IMG/VR virus record: IMGVR_UViG_3300046171_000231
Coordinates: 1-64,000 of that record
Length of the DNA stretch: 64,000 nucleotides
Direction: 5' to 3' (one strand)
Position 1 is the first letter of the stretch. Each line of letters opens with the position of its first letter. Under the pieces are notes generated by a model. The model was not told the DNA's origin and ran no database searches. It worked only from the letters and a program-made list of their open reading frames with translations. A program made the translations under genes and the position numbers. Positions 17,095-27,800 of this stretch are shown here, one piece after another.

Positions 17095-17149
17095 ATTATA
17101 GCATTAAAAAACCCCTTGTGCAGGGGCTTGTGACAGTTTTAGGACTGTT
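17095..17149 (-). promoter_or_regulatory. early promoter with operator and nested terminator
   Basis: TGCTATAAT (-10 17095-17100); GACAGT-N6-ACTGTT 17132-17149. Confidence 0.75.
17106..17126 (-). terminator. intrinsic terminator
   Basis: CCCCT/AGGGG stem, 5-nt loop, U6 on minus strand. Confidence 0.7.
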
Positions 17150-17762
17150 TCTCCTTACATCCAAAGAAATGTGTTATGGCATATCTACCATATCCATCAT
17201 AATAATCTGAATCTTTTATAGAAACCTCACTTACTCCATGTTCTACCCAAGCTGGCATCATAATTAATGAATTATGGTCACAACTAAACTTATAATCATA
17301 CTTTGGGAAAATTAAATTACCTCCATCAAACTTCTTTGGTTCTTTATGAAAGTATGAAAATGCTAAAAATTCATAAAATGTATCAGTATGTGGTTTGTAG
17401 TAATCTCCATTATGATAATATCTAACTTTTGTAACATCATAGTTCGCTGATTTTGCAAAAGTGCAAGAATCATTCAACTTTGAAAATGGTTCTAACACTT
17501 GTTTATCAAAGACTTTTCTTGATACATTTAAGATGTTAGATATTTTTCTATTTTTTCCTGTGTAAACTGAGTCTAAATGTAATGCTTTTGCTTTAGTATA
17601 TCCAACTACTCCCTGATAATCCTCTACATCAAATAACTTATCTGGTTTTGTATAAAAATTTAATTCCTCCCATATAAGAGTCAACTCTTCTTCATCATAA
17701 AAATTATGAAAAATAAAGTGTGGGAATGGTTCTAGATAGGCATCAGCAGAGATGTTTTGCAT
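17139..17762 (-). CDS. 2OG-Fe(II) oxygenase (prolyl-hydroxylase-like)
   Basis: PHTD, GGNL, EHGV, GRY motifs. Confidence 0.85.
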   Translation of the reverse strand: MQNISADAYLEPFPHFIFHNFYDEEELTLIWEELNFYTKPDKLFDVEDYQGVVGYTKAKALHLDSVYTGKNRKISNILNVSRKVFDKQVLEPFSKLNDSCTFAKSANYDVTKVRYYHNGDYYKPHTDTFYEFLAFSYFHKEPKKFDGGNLIFPKYDYKFSCDHNSLIMMPAWVEHGVSEVSIKDSDYYDGYGRYAITHFFGCKEKQS

Positions 17763-17790
17763 TACTAGATAGTTGTGTTATAATAGAATT

Positions 17791-18072
17791 ATGAGAAATA
17801 TTTTTAAGGAATCCAAATATCACTTAGAAGTAGAAACTGGATGGACTTATTGGTTTCATCTGAAACATTCTCTTATAAACTCATATAAATTGATAAAAAT
17901 ATCATTTAAGAGTCTAGTTCATGGGTTACTACCATTTATGTGGAAATCAGATGCACCCAAAGGTGTAATCATATTATACCACGAAATTATGAAAATACAA
18001 CATATACAAAAACTTGATAAACTCCGAAAATATCCAAAAAATGAACGATACATATCTAACGATACTGAATAG
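17791..18072 (+). CDS. small hydrophobic hypothetical protein, probably leaderless
   Basis: TGTTATAAT ends 17784, ATG at 17791. Confidence 0.7.
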   Translation: MRNIFKESKYHLEVETGWTYWFHLKHSLINSYKLIKISFKSLVHGLLPFMWKSDAPKGVIILYHEIMKIQHIQKLDKLRKYPKNERYISNDTE

Positions 18073-18610
18073 TTACGGAGATATAGTTGAACTTAACTAT
18101 CAATTTGATGTACCATCTATCATAGATGAATTAAAGTCTGTTGATAAGTGGATAGATGGTTCTAATAATAAAAAAGGATTAACTCTTACTGGTAGTGTTG
18201 ATGACTTAGAATTGACACAAAGAAATGATAGTAGTATAAATGATAATCTTAAAAAATGTCCATCACTCCTTGATTTTTTTAAATTATGGAACAGCCTTGC
18301 TAAATGTCACGCAGTCAATATGAATAGTGGTAGTTTTTTTCGATTACATCGTGACGCATATAAAACAACCCAACAAATGAGAATATTCATACCACTTAAT
18401 AAAACAGAATTACACGAATTTGCATTTATATACGATAAGAATATAGTCGAACTCAAAGCTGGTAGAGCATACTTATTAAATACTAAAAAACAACACGGTT
18501 CATTTGCTATGGTTGATGACATTTATCATATTTTAATAGGAGTTTATATCAATCCTCACAACTTCAAAGTTGTTACAAATTTATTACCAAATTGCATAGA
18601 CCACGAATGA
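18041..18610 (+). CDS. Asp/Asn beta-hydroxylase-like cupin oxygenase
   Basis: LHRD...RIFIPL...GRAYLLNTKKQH pattern. Confidence 0.75.
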   Translation: MNDTYLTILNSYGDIVELNYQFDVPSIIDELKSVDKWIDGSNNKKGLTLTGSVDDLELTQRNDSSINDNLKKCPSLLDFFKLWNSLAKCHAVNMNSGSFFRLHRDAYKTTQQMRIFIPLNKTELHEFAFIYDKNIVELKAGRAYLLNTKKQHGSFAMVDDIYHILIGVYINPHNFKVVTNLLPNCIDHE

Positions 18611-19776
18611 AAATCTGTATTATTGGTGGTGGTACAACTGGTTGGTGGTGTGCATCATATATGCAGAAATTTCTTGATGCAGATATTACACTCATAGAAA
18701 GTGATGAGATTCCAATAAGTGGTGTTGGAGAATCAACTTTACCACAAATCAAAACATTTTTTGACGAGTTAGAAATACCTGAGAGTGAGTGGATGAAAGA
18801 ATGTAATGCGATTCATAAGTATGGAAATATAAAATATGATTGGAATCACATAGGTTCTAAACCCTTCTATACAACTTTTTGGCAGAATAATCCTAAAGGA
18901 TTATTTGATGAGTGGTATCAAGCATATCAAGATGGAACTTTACTGAAAGAAGACCACGTTGAATTATATAATAACGAATACATTGGTTATCACTTAGATG
19001 CAACCTTGATAAACAATTTTATGAGAAATTATTGTAAAGATGTTAAACATATTGTAGATACAATCACAGAATTACCACAAGGTTATGATTTATATGTTGA
19101 CGCTACTGGATTTGAAAGAAGATTTACAAAAGATAATGAAGAGATAGAATTAAATCATCATCTTGTGAATAGTGCGTGGGTATATTCTCTTGAATATGAT
19201 GGTATAAACCCATTTACAAAATCTATAGCAAGAACAAACGGGTGGCAATTTGAAATTGATTTACAAAATCGAACTGGAACGGGTTACGTTTTTAGTGATA
19301 AATTTACTAATGACGATGATGCACTTAAAGAATTAAAATCTTGGACTACTCGTAAAATTATTACTGAACCAAAATTAATTAAATGGAAACCTAGTGTATT
19401 AAAAAATGCTTGGAGTGATAATGTTGTTACAGTTGGTCTTGGTCAAGGATTTATTGACCCATTGGAATCAAACGGGTTATATATGGTTGTCTATAGTATA
19501 ACTCTCTTGGTGAAATGTATTTTAAAAGGTTCGTCACCTCAAGCATATAATCGAACTATGTCAAAAGTTCATCGAGATAATTCTAATTACATATTACACC
19601 ATTATATGCTCTCACAAAGAGATGATACTGATTTTTGGAAATACTATAAAAAGTTTGACGCAACAAAAACAGTATGGGATGAGTATTTAAAGAAAACAAA
19701 TGAATACACAAATCTATATCCCGATGCAATATGGGCTCAATTAGGATTATATTTCGATGCTCCTAAACCTTCGTAA
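18607..19776 (+). CDS. flavin-dependent tryptophan halogenase-like protein
   Basis: GGGTTG, GVGEST, conserved Lys in AIHKYG, YVDATG, GFIDPLES. Confidence 0.88.
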   Translation: MKICIIGGGTTGWWCASYMQKFLDADITLIESDEIPISGVGESTLPQIKTFFDELEIPESEWMKECNAIHKYGNIKYDWNHIGSKPFYTTFWQNNPKGLFDEWYQAYQDGTLLKEDHVELYNNEYIGYHLDATLINNFMRNYCKDVKHIVDTITELPQGYDLYVDATGFERRFTKDNEEIELNHHLVNSAWVYSLEYDGINPFTKSIARTNGWQFEIDLQNRTGTGYVFSDKFTNDDDALKELKSWTTRKIITEPKLIKWKPSVLKNAWSDNVVTVGLGQGFIDPLESNGLYMVVYSITLLVKCILKGSSPQAYNRTMSKVHRDNSNYILHHYMLSQRDDTDFWKYYKKFDATKTVWDEYLKKTNEYTNLYPDAIWAQLGLYFDAPKPS

Positions 19777-20236
19777 ATAAGGCAACAACACCTTCATTTA
19801 ATTCTACATCATATACTTTATCAGTTGATAGGTCTGCATAATCAAACTGAACTAATCTCCTGTTATTGATAAATGGATTTCCATCTAAACATATAATTAC
19901 TGACTCATTTTCAACTTTGAGCTCTTCATCTTTTAATAACCTACCATTCCAATCTTCATCTTTATTTTGAATATTGAATCCGAACATATAAAAATCATCT
20001 AATGCTTCATACATTCTAGGTGAATAAAGATAATCTTTCATCGAAAAGAAATCACCTGTTTTAACTTCAATAAATTCTGACTCGAAAGGTCTTGCAATTT
20101 TTGCTGAACCATTAAAAACATATTGATATATTGCACAACTCTCAGAATCTGGTTCGACCTCTATCAATCCCTTATCTGCCTTCAATGCACAAACTGAAAA
20201 GTTATCTAATTTTTTAAAATAATGTTGGCAACTCAT
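19763..20236 (-). CDS. hypothetical protein (157 aa)
   Basis: ATGA overlap with upstream gene. Confidence 0.75.
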   Translation of the reverse strand: MSCQHYFKKLDNFSVCALKADKGLIEVEPDSESCAIYQYVFNGSAKIARPFESEFIEVKTGDFFSMKDYLYSPRMYEALDDFYMFGFNIQNKDEDWNGRLLKDEELKVENESVIICLDGNPFINNRRLVQFDYADLSTDKVYDVELNEGVVALFTKV

Positions 20237-20580
20237 AATTCAATCTTCCTCATACTTATTGGTTTTTTTCTCCAATCATCTACTTTTCCTATAACGACTT
20301 TGCCAACCATACTTTTTAAGTCTAATTCACCAGACATCTTGATTGGTTTATTTTCATCTAATATATCTTGTTTTTCATCTTGCCTTTCTATGAATCTAGA
20401 TGCACTTCTTTTCATTAAACTATCAACAAAACAGTCTGTGTCTCTCAAATCTAGAAGGTTACAATCTACAATTTTTGCAGAAGTTTCATCTATTGGTATG
20501 TGAGAATGTAATCTACAAATTTTGACTACAATACTATTTCTATCTTGTAGATATTCTTCTATTTTAAAAATTGCTTTCAT
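20233..20580 (-). CDS. hypothetical protein (115 aa)
   Basis: ATGA overlaps. Confidence 0.75.
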   Translation of the reverse strand: MKAIFKIEEYLQDRNSIVVKICRLHSHIPIDETSAKIVDCNLLDLRDTDCFVDSLMKRSASRFIERQDEKQDILDENKPIKMSGELDLKSMVGKVVIGKVDDWRKKPISMRKIEL

Positions 20581-21119
20581 TCTTTTTCAAAATTAATTGA
20601 TAATGATATTCTCTTTTCATCTGACATATTTCTAGTTACGAAATGGTCAAGATAACCAGGAAAAATATAATATACACCTCTCTCTGGTTTAAACTTTGAA
20701 GTGTATGCAGAGTTATCATATTGATTTATTCGAGGTCTGAATACAATACTACCAGAACCATTTGGTATTTGTACATATACTACAGCAGAAACATATGAAT
20801 CATTATGATTATGTAGGGTAGCACTCATATTTTTTTCATGAATATGTCCCCAGTAAGTTTTAGGAATTATCTTTTCTTGTGTGACTGCAAAAAAATCAGT
20901 CTTAATCTCCTCAATAATTTCATTGACATAATCATTTGGTGGGCAAATAGAGTCTTCATAAAATGTACTATCAATATCACAATCAAATTTATTTTCATAA
21001 TTATCAAGTAATATTTTTGACAAAGAATCTAAATTTGTTTTTGTAAATCCTTTTATTAAATCAATCCTTGCCAAATTGATAAGTTCAACATTTCTATTCA
21101 TTCCTGCATATGTCCCCAA
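20577..21119 (-). CDS. putative 2OG-Fe(II) oxygenase
   Basis: HNH...SAVVYV...IFPGYLDH...RISLSIN pattern. Confidence 0.8.
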   Translation of the reverse strand: MGTYAGMNRNVELINLARIDLIKGFTKTNLDSLSKILLDNYENKFDCDIDSTFYEDSICPPNDYVNEIIEEIKTDFFAVTQEKIIPKTYWGHIHEKNMSATLHNHNDSYVSAVVYVQIPNGSGSIVFRPRINQYDNSAYTSKFKPERGVYYIFPGYLDHFVTRNMSDEKRISLSINFEKE

Positions 21120-21670
21120 GATGTTATGAGATACTTATGACCTCCTATTGGTGGATTACCACGATGTGTATGTGTGAATCCTGCAGGAAAAATTAAAACA
21201 TCACCTGCAATAGCTTCTTCTCTTCTATTTTGATATAAAAATTCTGTTTCCCCTCCTTCAAAGTCATCATTAACATATAATTGTACTACAAAAACTCGAT
21301 GGCAATTTTCTATTCCACCAGTTTCAAAATGCCAAGAATGAAATCCACCACCCATTGGTATTTTTTTTACTTTGATGTCATACATTAAAAACTTATAATC
21401 ATTCAATATACTAAATGCTTCTAAGTACTCATCAACACAAGGTTTGAAATGTGGTAGCACTAAGTTTGACATCTTAGAACTAGCAGTTTCATCCATATCC
21501 CAATCATGTGCTACATTAACCGTTATATGGTCTGTGTTGTGTAGAGATTTTTTATCATAAAACATCAAACTATGTTCTTCAAAATAGTTGATGTGAGATA
21601 TTATATTCTTACATTGTTCCTTTGTAAATGCTCCACGATATCTTCTTATTAAATCTGAATCAGTTGCCAT
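21098..21670 (-). CDS. 2OG-Fe(II) oxygenase
   Basis: GFHSWHFE, LYVND, GGETEF, THTHRGNPP..KY. Confidence 0.88.
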   Translation of the reverse strand: MATDSDLIRRYRGAFTKEQCKNIISHINYFEEHSLMFYDKKSLHNTDHITVNVAHDWDMDETASSKMSNLVLPHFKPCVDEYLEAFSILNDYKFLMYDIKVKKIPMGGGFHSWHFETGGIENCHRVFVVQLYVNDDFEGGETEFLYQNRREEAIAGDVLIFPAGFTHTHRGNPPIGGHKYLITSWGHMQE

Positions 21671-21692
21671 ATACTCACAAACAATATTATCT

Positions 21693-21721
21693 ATTATACC
21701 ACTAAAAATCTAGTTTGTAAA
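21693..21721 (-). promoter_or_regulatory. sigma70 promoter TTTACA-17-TATAAT (extended -10)
   Basis: -10 21693-21698, -35 21716-21721. Confidence 0.7.
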
Positions 21722-21722
21722 G

Positions 21723-22703
21723 TTAGGATACTCCCGTTGCATTTTGATCACCTTGAATTGTTCCACTATTGTTTATCGTAACACTAAATCCAGAGTTTCG
21801 TCTAATTGCTGCACCATCTCCTCCACCAGATCCACCCCCAGCTTGAGAACTACCTCCTCCATTTGCTGCTTCTCCGAATTGTCCACCTTCTCCACCACTC
21901 GCACCATATGCTTGGTTTCCATTATTACCACCGCCACCACCGTCTCCAGCAGTAGTTTCATTACCACTTGACCCAGAACTTCCATTCGCACAACCATTAC
22001 CAGGTTGACCTCCATTTCCTGCAGGGAATCCAGCACCACCACCGCCTCCTCCACCAGAAGCTCTTCTGTCTGAACCCTTGTCAGTTTGGCGACCACCGCC
22101 ACCGCCACCGCCTCCTCCGAAGCCAGCACGAATGATTCCACCACTTAAAACATTTACTGTGACACCATTATGATCTATACCTAATCCACTTGTACCTGAA
22201 CCACCTGGTTGACCACCACCTAGACAAACACCTCCTTGTCCACCGTCTCCTCCAGCACCTAAAATTTGTCCTTCACCTCCAACATCTACTTGTATTGATG
22301 ATGATGAGTTCCAAGATCCTGTCCTTACAGCACAATTATTAACACTACTTTTATCTGAACCAAACTTTTTATTAACGTGTACTATGATTTTACTACCATC
22401 TTCTTTTTTACTTCTAAAACCACCAATCACTGTTAAATTATTATTATTCCACTTATCATTCTTCGCACTCTGACGAAATTCATCTCCACCAGAGTGCATA
22501 TCAACAATTATATTAAGTCTTTTACTATAAAAATCACTAAATTTTATCTGACCTGAAGTGGGAATACCAGAGTCTAAAGGTAAATTTGATAATTCACCAA
22601 CACTCTGTGATGTACGATAATCTCCAAGTGACCTCTCGCCATTTTGTCCAAACTCGTTCTCTATCTGAGAAAAAGATATTTGTCCAGAACCTTGTAATGC
22701 CAT
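21723..22703 (-). CDS. glycine-rich tail fibre tip / gp38-like adhesin
   Basis: Repeated polyglycine motifs, C-terminal GGDGAAI...INNSGTI. Confidence 0.65.
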   Translation of the reverse strand: MALQGSGQISFSQIENEFGQNGERSLGDYRTSQSVGELSNLPLDSGIPTSGQIKFSDFYSKRLNIIVDMHSGGDEFRQSAKNDKWNNNNLTVIGGFRSKKEDGSKIIVHVNKKFGSDKSSVNNCAVRTGSWNSSSSIQVDVGGEGQILGAGGDGGQGGVCLGGGQPGGSGTSGLGIDHNGVTVNVLSGGIIRAGFGGGGGGGGGRQTDKGSDRRASGGGGGGGAGFPAGNGGQPGNGCANGSSGSSGNETTAGDGGGGGNNGNQAYGASGGEGGQFGEAANGGGSSQAGGGSGGGDGAAIRRNSGFSVTINNSGTIQGDQNATGVS

Positions 22704-22707
22704 AAAT

Positions 22708-24867
22708 TTAGGTGAAACAATCCTTCCAAGTTGACCCGTTGAATACTTGTAGTCTATTTACTGATGTATTATATACCATTGCACCTGCAATAACTCCAGA
22801 TAAGTTACCTCTTTGAGTCGTAGTGACTTTAGGTGGAATCATAAATCTTCGTGTTGCATCAGGACCTGCATTTTTAAAGTCAGCAGCACCAACAATAACA
22901 GTCGAACCAACTCCAATACCATCAACAACTATGCTTGATGAACTCGCATTGATTGTAACATTTTCTAATTCAGTTGAAGTTTTGATACCAATGCTACCTG
23001 ACCCAGTTACAAAAAATTGTTCAGCACCACTATTGACATAGAATGGTGTATCAAGTTCTTCGTCAGTACCAATACCAACGATATCTGTGAAAATCCTTCC
23101 ACCTACAGTAGCGACTCCTGAAACTGTTAGGTTATTTAATGTTGATATACCAACTGTTGTATTAGAGTTTCCATCAAGTGTTCCAGCTACGTTTCCAGTT
23201 AATGTTCCTTGTACATTACCAAGTAATGCTCCACCAACAGTTAGATTATTACCGACACTTACATTTCCACTAAATGAACCTCCACCTTCAACTTGTAAGT
23301 TTGTTGATGGTTGAGTAACACCAATACCAAGTGAACCTCCAATACCAGTTAATGTCATCAACCTTGCAGAGTTTGCACCACGATGCCAATGGAAGTCTCC
23401 TTTTATTCCACTTGAATTGCTTGCACTTATGTAATAGTTAAAGTTACCAGTTCCATAATTTAATACATCGAGAGATGTATCAGAACTATAAGGATAACCT
23501 AATCCACCACCATATCTGATTGCTCCATTATTTGTGTTTGTATTTCCTGTATCTCTACCAACTGATACCGCTGCAATACCAGTTTCACTTGTTACACGAA
23601 TCTCAGCATTACCAGACTTTCTAACTTGAATTTCATTTACAGGTGCTTCAGTTGTTCCAACTCCCATCTTTGCACCAAATGAAGTTGAAGATGCACCAAC
23701 AAAACCAACATTAATATTGTTATTGAATGTTGAGATACCTGTCACGATTAAGTTAGATATTGTTGCAACACCTACGTTATATCTTTCAGTTCCTGTACCT
23801 ACAACTCCGAATAAATCTTTATTAACTAATTCATACCAGTTATTTGCATGAGCATAGTATCCTCTTCCTGTACTATGAACGTGTGCGAACATTCCGTGAT
23901 AATCAGAAGCACTAGGTAAGTTGCTTTGATTCATATACAATGATGGAATCTTGTTCATTCCAGCAGGTGCTTCAATTACACCACTAAAGGTGGTTACTCC
24001 TGATACTGCAAATTGGTCATCAATCGTGACTGTTCCACCAGCAGAGTCAATTGTTAGATTTCCAGTAGATGTATCAATCTCGTTATCATTTGTTATACCA
24101 ATCTGAATATTATCAATCGTTGCTCCACCATCTACATCTAGTTCACCAGTTAAGTCTAGATTACCCTGTGCAACAATATTACTTGCAAATGTAGAAACAC
24201 CTGACACACTCATATTATCAATGTGAGTATGTCCATCAAAATCTACATCACCATTTACATCTAAAGTTATAAATGTCGATACACCTGCTGAATTGATATT
24301 TCCTACAACGTCACCTGTAATTCTTCCTGCTACATCACCTGTAACAGCACCTATGAAACTTGATGCTGTAACAATACCAGTCATATTGATATTGCCGACT
24401 GAACTGATACCTACACCTTTTTCTCCAGCATCAGCGTTATTACCAACTTGGAAGGTCGAACGGGGATCTTCGGTCCCCACACCCACGTTTCCTCCTGTGT
24501 TGTATATACTTGTGAATCCTAAACCAACATCCTTATCTTCCCATTGTGAAGTTGGCATACCTTGTAGATTTCTAGCATCACCAAAGTACGTTAATATACC
24601 AGCACCTTGTGCTGTAACAATTCCACTTAAAACACTAAGACCAGCACCAACAATTTGATTTGGAACAAATGTTGTTACTGTTAATACTCCTATTTGTGCA
24701 GTGCTTGAGCTAGTAAAACCAGTTACAACAATATTTCCTCTGACATCAAGAGCCTCATTTGGAATGGTGGTCCCGATACCCACCAGACCAGTATCAGTTA
24801 CTAACAGGTTGTCGTCATCAACCTGAACACCGTTACGAAAATTAAAATTCTTCTTGATATTTGCCAT
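22708..24867 (-). CDS. virion structural / tail fibre-like protein (719 aa)
   Basis: GIGT, GIVTA, GVSTF beta-repeat motifs. Confidence 0.8.
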   Translation of the reverse strand: MANIKKNFNFRNGVQVDDDNLLVTDTGLVGIGTTIPNEALDVRGNIVVTGFTSSSTAQIGVLTVTTFVPNQIVGAGLSVLSGIVTAQGAGILTYFGDARNLQGMPTSQWEDKDVGLGFTSIYNTGGNVGVGTEDPRSTFQVGNNADAGEKGVGISSVGNINMTGIVTASSFIGAVTGDVAGRITGDVVGNINSAGVSTFITLDVNGDVDFDGHTHIDNMSVSGVSTFASNIVAQGNLDLTGELDVDGGATIDNIQIGITNDNEIDTSTGNLTIDSAGGTVTIDDQFAVSGVTTFSGVIEAPAGMNKIPSLYMNQSNLPSASDYHGMFAHVHSTGRGYYAHANNWYELVNKDLFGVVGTGTERYNVGVATISNLIVTGISTFNNNINVGFVGASSTSFGAKMGVGTTEAPVNEIQVRKSGNAEIRVTSETGIAAVSVGRDTGNTNTNNGAIRYGGGLGYPYSSDTSLDVLNYGTGNFNYYISASNSSGIKGDFHWHRGANSARLMTLTGIGGSLGIGVTQPSTNLQVEGGGSFSGNVSVGNNLTVGGALLGNVQGTLTGNVAGTLDGNSNTTVGISTLNNLTVSGVATVGGRIFTDIVGIGTDEELDTPFYVNSGAEQFFVTGSGSIGIKTSTELENVTINASSSSIVVDGIGVGSTVIVGAADFKNAGPDATRRFMIPPKVTTTQRGNLSGVIAGAMVYNTSVNRLQVFNGSTWKDCFT

Positions 24868-24882
24868 CAGTTATATTTTTAG

Positions 24883-27800
24883 TTATTTATTTGATTCAAG
24901 AGAGTTAACTTTAGCAGAAAGTTCTTTGACTGCTTCAATTAAAACTGGAATTAATCTATCATAACGAACACCGAGTGTACCATCGCCTCTTCTCTTGGAA
25001 ATACCTGGTAAATTAAGTGCTTCAACTTCTTGAGCGATAATACCAGTATCCATACCAGAGTTACCAAAGATACCTGCTTCTGGTTTCCAAGCAAATGTGT
25101 TTCCACTCAATGAGTTAATCAACCCAAGTGCATCTTCAATAGGTGATATGTCTTCTTTAAGTGTCATATCAGATGAACTGAATGCAACCACATCTCCACC
25201 TGCATTAATATTGCCACTTGCAACAATATTACCACCATTGTAGATGTTACCTTCAACCCCAAGTCCACCTGCGGTTAGAATCAACGCACCTGTGTCCTTA
25301 CTTGATGAATTTGTACTTGAATCAACATTCAATGTTCCATCTACTTCTGCATTTGCAGTGATGTGAACTTTGTTGTTTGATGAATCTAAAATTAAATCAC
25401 CAGTTGCGGTGTTGATTGTTGTACCAGCAGTCAATCCAAGTGTTATATTGTTTGCCCTAATATTATTAGTACAATTAAGTTGAGTTCCATTAAATGTTAA
25501 ACCAGCAGATGTCTCACCATTATTAGAACCATTCTTAAATACAACTTGATTGGCAGATCCAAAACTTAAATTAGCAGATGTTGATGAAGAAGTTGCATTT
25601 CCACTTAATGCACCAGAAAATGTCGTACAAGATAAAGTGTTAGTAGCAAAATTAAATGTTAAATCACTATCTGTTTTAGCAGTAATCATTGTGCCACTAC
25701 TTAAATCAGTGAGGACAACTCTTTCACTACCAGACGTAGCAGATGATAATGCAGCACCAGTATTAGTTAGTTGAGCACCGTTACCAATAAAGTTTGTTGC
25801 GGTGACATTATTAAATCCAGATAGATTTGATGCAGTATCACCAACTATATTTCCACCTATTTGAAGATCTTTAGCAAGACCCAGACCACCATCCATCACA
25901 ACTGAACCATTTGTGGGTGCAGTTGAGTTAGTTGTATTTCTAAACTTCGCATCTTGTGCACGAAGTGATGCTTCAGTAATAAGTTGCTTAGTGCTATCTG
26001 ATAATCTTAAATCACTGTTGAATGTAACAGGACCATCAAACTGTGATAGAATCTGTTTCGATGCTCCACCTTCAACTAAGAGTCTTTCTTTAACAACAAC
26101 TTCATCAAATACAGCACTCAAGCGATTTGGATCTTCACCTGTAACTGTTGCAACTGGAATATCAAATGTAGTTTGTTGTCCACTCGCAGATGCAATCTTG
26201 GTGTTTCCAATATAGAAATCACCTTTATCATTCATACCAGTGTAAACTACGTTACCACAAGATGTTTCTTGTGCTTGATTTAGGAACTCCTCTCTTTCTG
26301 TAAGTGATCTATTCTGTAACTGTGGTAAAGCAGTTGAATAGTTACCTGGACCAAAACCAACATATTCAAATGTATGTCCTGATGATCTAAGTATAGATGG
26401 TCTACGAAGTTCAACTGGTAATGGTTTGACCTTTTTAATTCTAGAATTAATAAGATGAGTTGATGTATTTGTTCCAAGTGAACCACGAATAACAGTTATC
26501 TCATCTCCACCTCCACCAGAAAGTGAGCTTGATGCGATACGCATAATCTCACCACCAATCTGAATGTATGAACCAAGTGGGAAACGATTAACGATTGATG
26601 TTGCAGTTGTTGTTCCATCAGGAAGTTTTACTTTAAATGATGCATCACCAGTTCCTACTGCTTCATTTAAAATTAGTGTTTCGTGGTCAAATATATTAAA
26701 TCCTCTTACATCTATATTTTCTCCAGCAACTCCTGAAATTGATTCATTGTCTGATAAACCATGTTTCAGAATGTATTTTGGATCTGCGATATTACCTGTT
26801 GTTTTAACAGAAAATTGTGTAATTCCAACAACTGATGTAACAACAAAATCACCGAGATTTGTATCACTGGTGTTTAATAATCTAAGTTGATTACCAACTG
26901 CGAGTCCGTGGTCTACAGATGTAGTAAATGTTGTGACTCCTGCAGTATTATCGGTTGTTGCAGATCCAACCGCAACCCAAGGACCCATATCATGAATCTG
27001 TTGTCCATCAAGTAAAGTATCAGCAGCAGATTTAGCAACAGTAATTTGTTTTGTACTATTAATACTTGAAATACGATGATAAGAGTCAGTTCCAGTTGTA
27101 ATACCAGTTACTTGAATATAATTTCCAGTTGCTGATGAAATACCAGCAGTTGCAATCGTAAGACTTGCATTTGGTGAACCACCAATACCACCCAAGGCTA
27201 CTGATTGACTATCAAAGAATAATGTCTCACCATTTGTATATGCAGAACCACCGTCAGTAATCTCAACTGAAGTTACAGCATTACTTGATACAACAACTTT
27301 TGCAGTCGCACCATCCCAAGGAGCAGTCGCTGGAGTTGCGTTAGTATTCAATAATCTTACATTATAATATGTTCCATCAGTATGACCTGAACCACCATTT
27401 AAAGTATTATGATACTTAAGTGAATCAAAACTATGTTCTTCATCAAGATTGATAACAGCGTTAGTACTATTATTTGTAACTGAAGTAATACCAATTGAAC
27501 CATCAAAATTCTTTAAGAATTGGTTTGTTGTTTCTCTAGTAATACTTTTCTTTAAATCATTGGTTATAACATCACCAATTGGGAATCTTTTTGCATAAGA
27601 TACCGCTGCTGGAGGGTTAGCATTTACATTATCACGATCATACTCAGGGAATAAGTTAACAATATTTTGATTATACTTTAATTCAGAAAATTCATTTGAT
27701 GGTTCATCCATCGCATTATTACTATTCAATACAAATAGATGGAAAACACCATCTTGAACATCCTGAATGTAAGGTGTAATAGTTTCAGTTCTGTATATAA

